From: Gammaproteobacteria bacterium
Lineage (GTDB): Bacteria; Pseudomonadota; Gammaproteobacteria; Eutrophobiales; Eutrophobiaceae
Length of the DNA: 64,000 bases
NCBI GenBank assembly: GCA_965222155.1
Contig: CBDCTH010000012.1
Location: 1,856,001 to 1,920,000 of the forward strand
Reading direction: 5' to 3'
Positions 58,033 to 64,000 of this stretch are shown piece after piece. A model generated the notes under the pieces. It made no database searches and was not told the DNA's origin. It was given only the letters and a program-made list of their open reading frames with translations. The first letter of the stretch is position 1. Every line of letters starts with the position of its first letter. The position numbers and the translations under genes were made by a program.

Positions 58033-59483
58033 TAAAGGCCTAGAACCGTTGTGCAGATCCGTATGAGTTCTCCCGGGACAAAACCCAGTACCAGCACAGC
58101 CAGGCCGTTGAGGCTCACCATCACTCTCACTTGCCTGCTCGCTCCGATCTCCGGCCTGGTCTCCTGTTTATCAAAAAACATCAGCTTAACTATTCGTAAA
58201 TAATAATAGGCGCCTACCACTGAAAAGATAACCGCCAGAACCGCCAGCCAGATATAACCGATTGCGATGACTTCCTTGATGACGAACCACTTGGCCCAGA
58301 ACCCAAGGAACGGGGGAACGCCGGCCAGGGAGAACATGAACAACAACATGATGAAGGCAAACCAGGGACTGGACTCGGCAAGACCCTTGTAATCGTCCAG
58401 CTGATCGGCTTCATGCCCTTGGCGGCCTGATAATATGATGAAGCCGAAGGCGCCCATGCTCATGATGACGTAGGCAATAACGTAGAACAATGCACCGGCA
58501 TAACCGGCGCCCAGGCTTACCTGCAATCCCGGCAGAATACCCAGAATCAAGAACCCGGCATGAGCGATGGCGGAATATGCCAGCATACGTTTTATATTGG
58601 TCTGGGAGATAGCGATAATGTTCCCGACTGCCATGGACAGCAGGGACAGAATGATCAGCATTCCCTGCCAGTCGACGTGCAGGGGCAGCATTCCGTCAAT
58701 CAGCAGGCGTATCGCCATGGCGAATGCGGCTACTTTCGGCGCGCCGGCCAGGAACAGGGTGACTGCCGTCGGCGAGCCCTCATATACATCCGGCAGCCAG
58801 CTGTGAAAAGGTACTGCGCCCAGTTTGAAAGCGATTCCGACAACGACAAATACCAGTCCGAAGATGAATGCAATCCTGTTATCAGCCTGAGAGCTGATAT
58901 ACGTGGCAAGCTCCGGCAACACCAGCGTACCCGAGGCGCCATATAAAATCGAAATGCCGTATAACAGCAGGCCGGACGCCAGAGCCCCGAGGACAAAATA
59001 CTTCATGGCGGCCTCGGAGGCTGTCCCTGATTCCTTATTCATGGCAACCATGGCATATAAGGATAGGGACATGAGTTCCAGACCCAGGTAGACGGTCAAC
59101 ATGCTGTACGCTGATATCATGACCAGCATCCCCAACACGGCAAATAGCCCCAGTACGAAATATTCGCCCTGCAACAGCCCGCGCTCTTTGAAGTAATGGT
59201 ATGAGTACAGGAACACAACGATGGTTGCGGCACAAACAGTTACTTTGAGCAAAGCGCTCAACGGATCGAGAATGAAGTGATGGTGAAATACTGAGACGCT
59301 ATCACCCGGGCTCAGGTAAATCACAAGAAATATCACCACTGCCAGGGAAACCTGAGCCAGCCAGTAGGTCAGTAGCTTGTTTGGACTTGTTGAAAACGCA
59401 TCACATACCAGGACCAGGCAAGCAAGGCCCAACAACGCAAGTTCCGGGATAACAAACATGATTTCAGCAGTAATCGGCATCAT
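58032..59483 (-). CDS. nuoN: NADH-quinone oxidoreductase subunit N
   Basis: EAAMKYF, FKLGAVPFHSWLPDVYEG, KRMLAYSAIAH. Confidence 0.97.
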   Translation of the reverse strand: MMPITAEIMFVIPELALLGLACLVLVCDAFSTSPNKLLTYWLAQVSLAVVIFLVIYLSPGDSVSVFHHHFILDPLSALLKVTVCAATIVVFLYSYHYFKERGLLQGEYFVLGLFAVLGMLVMISAYSMLTVYLGLELMSLSLYAMVAMNKESGTASEAAMKYFVLGALASGLLLYGISILYGASGTLVLPELATYISSQADNRIAFIFGLVFVVVGIAFKLGAVPFHSWLPDVYEGSPTAVTLFLAGAPKVAAFAMAIRLLIDGMLPLHVDWQGMLIILSLLSMAVGNIIAISQTNIKRMLAYSAIAHAGFLILGILPGLQVSLGAGYAGALFYVIAYVIMSMGAFGFIILSGRQGHEADQLDDYKGLAESSPWFAFIMLLFMFSLAGVPPFLGFWAKWFVIKEVIAIGYIWLAVLAVIFSVVGAYYYLRIVKLMFFDKQETRPEIGASRQVRVMVSLNGLAVLVLGFVPGELIRICTTVLGL

Positions 59484-59485
59484 TA

Positions 59486-59901
59486 ACCCGGATTTCTCAC
59501 CAGTTGATGCGATGATCGCACAGGATTTTTGATGTGCGCCTTCCCTGGCGCACCCCCTAGGGGCGCCCTACGGGCGTCCAAATCTGCTCCAGGCAGATTT
59601 GTGACCGCCAGCGGGTGCCTGCGACCGAAAGCATAGTGGTTCTTATGGTTGAGGGACAAATTGTCAGGACAGACAATTTGCACGGCGACAGCCGCCCGCA
59701 GGGTTGCGCCCCAGAGCCTGCCCCTGTATGGAGTTGAGCAGGGGGATGGGCGCAATGAACACGTGCCCGCTGGCGGGAAAAAGACAAGCGAGGGCACATC
59801 AAGCGCAATCTGTGATGGCGTCATAATGAGTAAACTAACATAGTGTATTGACTACAAACAACTATCCGATGGCAATAAGCGGACTGGTGAGAAATCCGGG
59901 T
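59486..59901. mobile_element. MITE, 416 bp, TA-flanked, with two nested palindromic insertions
   Basis: Perfect 19-bp TIRs; colinear with the 57792 copy except inserts at ~59530-59603 and ~59657-59757. Confidence 0.88.
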
Positions 59902-61418
59902 TAGCCGATCTTGGATTGTGAGATATGCTCCACCAGGTGGTTGAGGGTGGCATCCATAAGTTCAAATAACGGCGCCGGCCACAGTCCCAGGAACAGCACG
60001 GCGACTGCAAGCAGGAGCAGGAACAGGGTCTCGCGCCTGGAAATATCCTGCAATTCGGCCACCCGCTCATTGGCCACGTCACCGAATATCACGCGTTTAT
60101 ACATCCATAACGTGTAAGCGGCGCCCAGGATCAGTACGGACGCAGCAATAACAGCAATCCAGGCATTGGCCCGGAAACTGCTCAGGATGACCAGGAATTC
60201 GCCGACAAACCCGGAGGTGCCGGGCAAACCGGCATTCGCCATGGCAAACAACATCATAAATGCGGCAAACACCGGCATGGTATTCGCCACGCCGCCATAA
60301 TCGGAAATCTGTCGGCTGTGCACCCGGTCATACATAACACCGACACACAGGAACAAGGCAGCGGAGATAAGTCCGTGCGATATCATTTGCATCATAGCGC
60401 CGGCCAATCCCATTACCGCGCCAGTGTTTGGCTGGGCCTGGTTAATGATGGAAAACACGATAAATAATCCCAGGGTCACAAACCCCATGTGGGAAACGGA
60501 TGAATAGGCAATCAGTTTTTTCATGTCCTGCTGTACCAGGGCGACAAACCCGATATAGACAATGGCAATCAGTGACAAAATGATCATAAGGTCCGCCAGC
60601 GCCGCGCTGGCATCCGGAACGATGGGCAGACTGAAACGAATAAAACCGTATCCACCCATTTTCAACATGATCGCCGCCAGGATCACGGATCCGCCTGTAG
60701 GCGCCTCAACGTGTGCGTCCGGTAACCAGGTATGCACCGGCCACATGGGTATTTTCACGGCAAAGGCGAGCAGAAACGCAATAAATATCCATTTCTGTGC
60801 AGCCAGTGACAACGGCAACTTGTACAAGTCAGGGATATAGAAACTTCCCATCTTCGAATACAGGTAGAGCAAGGCTACCAGCATGAATACCGAGCCCAGA
60901 AAGGTATACAGAAAAAACTTGATGGTGGCATAGACGCGCCTCGGGCCGCCCCACACGCCGATGATTAAAAACATGGGAATCAACATGGCTTCCCAGAAAA
61001 AATAAAACAAAATTGCATCCTGAGACACAAACACCCCATTCATCAGCCCTTCCAGGATAAGAAAGGACGCCATGTATTGGGATAGCCTGGTATTGATAAC
61101 CTCCCAGCCGGCGATAACCACCAGTACTGTCGTAAACGTCGTCAACAGGATCAAGGGTACGGAAATACCGTCAACCCCAAGGTGATAATTTATGTTGAAC
61201 GTATCTATCCACTCGGAGTATTCAACAAACTGCATCAGGGCGGTTGATGTATCAAAGCGCAGGTATAGCAAGGCCGACAACGAAAATACGATTATGGATA
61301 CAAGTAATGAAAATAATTTTACCGACTCCCGCTGCCGGTCTCCGGCAAACAGGAGCAATGAGCCACCCAGTATGGGCACCCAAATCAATAAACTCAGAAG
61401 AGGCAGGGCTGGAACCAT
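59901..61418 (-). CDS. nuoM: NADH-quinone oxidoreductase subunit M
   Basis: GVDGIS, KFFLYT, HTWLPDAHVEAP, GLPGTSGFVGE. Confidence 0.97.
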   Translation of the reverse strand: MVPALPLLSLLIWVPILGGSLLLFAGDRQRESVKLFSLLVSIIVFSLSALLYLRFDTSTALMQFVEYSEWIDTFNINYHLGVDGISVPLILLTTFTTVLVVIAGWEVINTRLSQYMASFLILEGLMNGVFVSQDAILFYFFWEAMLIPMFLIIGVWGGPRRVYATIKFFLYTFLGSVFMLVALLYLYSKMGSFYIPDLYKLPLSLAAQKWIFIAFLLAFAVKIPMWPVHTWLPDAHVEAPTGGSVILAAIMLKMGGYGFIRFSLPIVPDASAALADLMIILSLIAIVYIGFVALVQQDMKKLIAYSSVSHMGFVTLGLFIVFSIINQAQPNTGAVMGLAGAMMQMISHGLISAALFLCVGVMYDRVHSRQISDYGGVANTMPVFAAFMMLFAMANAGLPGTSGFVGEFLVILSSFRANAWIAVIAASVLILGAAYTLWMYKRVIFGDVANERVAELQDISRRETLFLLLLAVAVLFLGLWPAPLFELMDATLNHLVEHISQSKIG

Positions 61419-61424
61419 GGGGGC

Positions 61425-63395
61425 TTATATAATTTGATGAACAAAAACAGCCAGCAGCAATAACAGGCCGATAATCATGGCAAAGGCATAGTGGTACAGG
61501 TAACCGGTTTGCACCTTTCTGATTAAAGCCGAAAACCTGCGTACCATACGAGCTGTTCCATTAACCAGGAAGCCGTCAATAATGCGTACGTCGCCCCATT
61601 GCCAGAGCGTATTGCCGGTGTTGCGGGCGCCGCCGGCAAAAACAGCCTGGTATATTTCATCGAAATAATATTTCCTGACAAACAGCCGGTACGGTATGGC
61701 GAACAGGCCGGCAATCTTACCCGGCCAGTGCGGAAACCTGACATAAAACAACCAGGCAACAAATATCCCTGCCAGAGCCAGCCAGACGGGAGCGTGCTTA
61801 TACGAGTTCGCGACAAAATCGAAGACGCCGGAATAATGCAAAGCCATTTCATGGAGCCCGGCGGCATGGTCGGCAGACACGTGGATTGCATCCATGTAAT
61901 AATCGCCCAACACCATGGGTCCAACCAGAAAAGCACCGATGACAAGGGAAGGAATTGCCAGGATGAACAGCGGTACGGTAACGACTCCCGGTGATTCTTT
62001 CAGATGTTCCCAGGTATGCCGATCCATCCGTTCCTCACCGTGGAACGTCAGAAAAAATAACCGGAATGTATACAGCGCCGTTATAAAAACGCCGGACAAC
62101 ACGGCCAGGTAGGCGATATCAGCACCCGGAAGTTGTGAATAATGCACCGCTTCGATAATGGCATCCTTCGAGAAGAACCCGGAAGTCAGCGGGAAACCGA
62201 CCAGTGCGAGAGAACCGATCAGCGCGCTAAACCACGTTATCGGCATGTAACGATACAAGCCTCCCATCTTGCGCATGTCCTGCTCATGGTGTAGCGCAAT
62301 AATTACGGAACCCGCGGCCAGGAACAGCAATGCCTTGAAAAAGGCGTGTGTCACCAGGTGAAAGATCGCGACGGAGTAGGCGGACGCACCAAGCGCAACT
62401 GTCATGTACCCTAACTGGGACAAGGTCGAATAAGCAACTACCCGTTTGATGTCATGCTGAACCAGACCCAGGAGACCCATAAAGAATGCCGTTATCGCGC
62501 CAACCAGTAAAATTAAACTGAGCGCAACCTCAGACAACTCGTACAGGGGTGACATACGCGCCACCATGAAAATGCCCGCCGTTACCATCGTGGCCGCGTG
62601 AATTAACGCCGAAATAGGCGTAGGTCCCTCCATGGAATCAGGCAACCAGACGTGCAGGGGAACCTGGGCGGATTTTCCCATGGCGCCGATAAACAGGCAG
62701 ATGCAGATAAAGGTCAGTGCCGACCATTCTTGACCGGGGATGAGGGAAATTGTCGAATCCGCGTGCGCCCCAGCCTGGTTGAACACCTGCACATAATCCA
62801 GTGAATTAAAATACAACAGGACCGCAGCAATACCGATCAGGAAGCCGAAATCGCCTACCCGATTAACGATAAAAGCTTTCAGACCGGCAAAAATGGCTGA
62901 TTCGCGTTTAAACCAGAAGCCGATCAACAAGTAGGATACCAATCCAACCGCTTCCCACCCGAAAAACAATTGGACGAAGTTATTTGACATCACCAACACC
63001 AGCATGGCGAAAGTAAACAACGAGATGTAACTGAAAAATCGCTGGTAACCCGGGTCATCATGCATATAGCCGATGGTATAAATATGGATCATCCAGGAAA
63101 CGAAACTGACGACCACCATCATGGTCACGGATAACTGGTCCACCAGGAAACCCACCGTAAATTTCAGTTCCCCGAGCGTAAGCCAGGTGTAAATCTCGGC
63201 GTTATAGACTGCACCACCGTCAAACATGAGATGTTTGTATGCAAGCAGGGATAACACCGTAGAAATGCCTACCCCGATTATGGTCACCCAGTGTGCGCCG
63301 CTCCTGCCGATGAGGTGACCTGCCAGGCCGGCGATGATCGCTCCGACTAATGGTGCGAGCACGATCGCAAGATAGATATGTTCCATATTATCCAT
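61425..63395 (-). CDS. nuoL: NADH-quinone oxidoreductase subunit L
   Basis: KAFIVNRVGD, GKSAQVPLHVWLPDSMEGPTP, HAFFKALLF. Confidence 0.97.
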   Translation of the reverse strand: MDNMEHIYLAIVLAPLVGAIIAGLAGHLIGRSGAHWVTIIGVGISTVLSLLAYKHLMFDGGAVYNAEIYTWLTLGELKFTVGFLVDQLSVTMMVVVSFVSWMIHIYTIGYMHDDPGYQRFFSYISLFTFAMLVLVMSNNFVQLFFGWEAVGLVSYLLIGFWFKRESAIFAGLKAFIVNRVGDFGFLIGIAAVLLYFNSLDYVQVFNQAGAHADSTISLIPGQEWSALTFICICLFIGAMGKSAQVPLHVWLPDSMEGPTPISALIHAATMVTAGIFMVARMSPLYELSEVALSLILLVGAITAFFMGLLGLVQHDIKRVVAYSTLSQLGYMTVALGASAYSVAIFHLVTHAFFKALLFLAAGSVIIALHHEQDMRKMGGLYRYMPITWFSALIGSLALVGFPLTSGFFSKDAIIEAVHYSQLPGADIAYLAVLSGVFITALYTFRLFFLTFHGEERMDRHTWEHLKESPGVVTVPLFILAIPSLVIGAFLVGPMVLGDYYMDAIHVSADHAAGLHEMALHYSGVFDFVANSYKHAPVWLALAGIFVAWLFYVRFPHWPGKIAGLFAIPYRLFVRKYYFDEIYQAVFAGGARNTGNTLWQWGDVRIIDGFLVNGTARMVRRFSALIRKVQTGYLYHYAFAMIIGLLLLLAVFVHQII

Positions 63396-63400
63396 CGGTT

Positions 63401-63706
63401 TTATCCTTTAAGACTATCCAGGTCTACCACGTTTATGGTATTTCGATTGCGAAACAGAACTACCAGGATCGCCAGGCCGATCGCAGCTTCAGCCGCGGCA
63501 ACAGTCAGAATGAAGAAGACAAAAACCTGGCCGTGAATATCACCGAGGAAATAGGAAAACGCGATGAAGTTCAAATTCACGGACAGCAGCATCAATTCGA
63601 TACACATCAATAAAATAATGACATTTTTCCTGTTGATAAAAACGCCCGCCACACTGATGCAGAACAGTAATGCGGCTAATATCAGGACTTCGGTCAGTTC
63701 AATCAT
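63401..63706 (-). CDS. nuoK: NADH-quinone oxidoreductase subunit K
   Basis: [22 protein letters not shown]. Confidence 0.97.
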   Translation of the reverse strand: MIELTEVLILAALLFCISVAGVFINRKNVIILLMCIELMLLSVNLNFIAFSYFLGDIHGQVFVFFILTVAAAEAAIGLAILVVLFRNRNTINVVDLDSLKG

Positions 63707-64000
63707 CTGCTTTCTCTGACTCCATGTTGACTAACCGCACGCGCGTCCCGGATTTGACATTGACCTGCTCCCAGGGTTTGGGAGTGCGTCGCGCCCGTGG
63801 TTTACGCATGGTCAGACTGATCGCTGCGATAATCGCGGTCAACAGGATGGCGCCGGCGATCTCAAAAGGGTAAATATATTCGGTAAACAGTGCTTTGCCG
63901 AGCAACCGGGTATTATCGATGCCGGTTGCAAGCTGATCGCTTGTTGGTCCCGAATCAGGCAAAATATGGTCGGCGCCTACAATCAATCCCATGGCAATCA
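63699..64000 (-). CDS. nuoJ: NADH-quinone oxidoreductase subunit J (partial, 3' end)
   Basis: [25 protein letters not shown]; position upstream of nuoK. Confidence 0.93.
   Translation of the reverse strand, partial: IAMGLIVGADHILPDSGPTSDQLATGIDNTRLLGKALFTEYIYPFEIAGAILLTAIIAAISLTMRKPRARRTPKPWEQVNVKSGTRVRLVNMESEKADD

Noticed and set aside
57766-59843. ORFs 57766..57972, 59483..59824, 59557..59808, 59649..59843
   Set aside because: Lie within non-autonomous MITEs; no transposase motifs

Overview
Proteobacterial chromosome (gene order SCO-psd-DUF2818-nuoNMLKJ suggests Gamma/Betaproteobacteria): about 54 kb of accessory DNA followed by the end of the nuo operon. Three themes. (1) Selenium: a hidden 402-aa AhpD-like selenoprotein candidate (C-F-Y-U-T-A-S-H, in-frame TGA plus SECIS-like hairpin, split in two by the ORF track) lies convergent with selA; nearby are senA (frameshifted), senB and an oxidoreductase-fused selD that overlaps the end of a sarcosine-oxidase-type soxBDAG operon. 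(2) Aromatic or heterocycle catabolism: three UbiD-family genes, ubiX, TauD, a TonB receptor, a Mo-oxidoreductase, and a minus-strand cluster of Rieske oxygenase, SnoaL/NTF2-2xCDGSH fusion, Tat-exported VAO/PCMH flavoprotein, cytochrome c, VdcC/D and a degenerate second flavoprotein. (3) Mobility scars: a decaying integron cassette array with no integrase in view (4 attC-like sites), five toxin-antitoxin loci, an R-M-type methyltransferase, a 1.3-kb island between diverged 290-bp direct repeats, REP-like arrays, and a MITE family, one copy of which interrupts vdcC yet supplies an in-frame start codon. All family calls come from reading motifs by eye; no searches were run.
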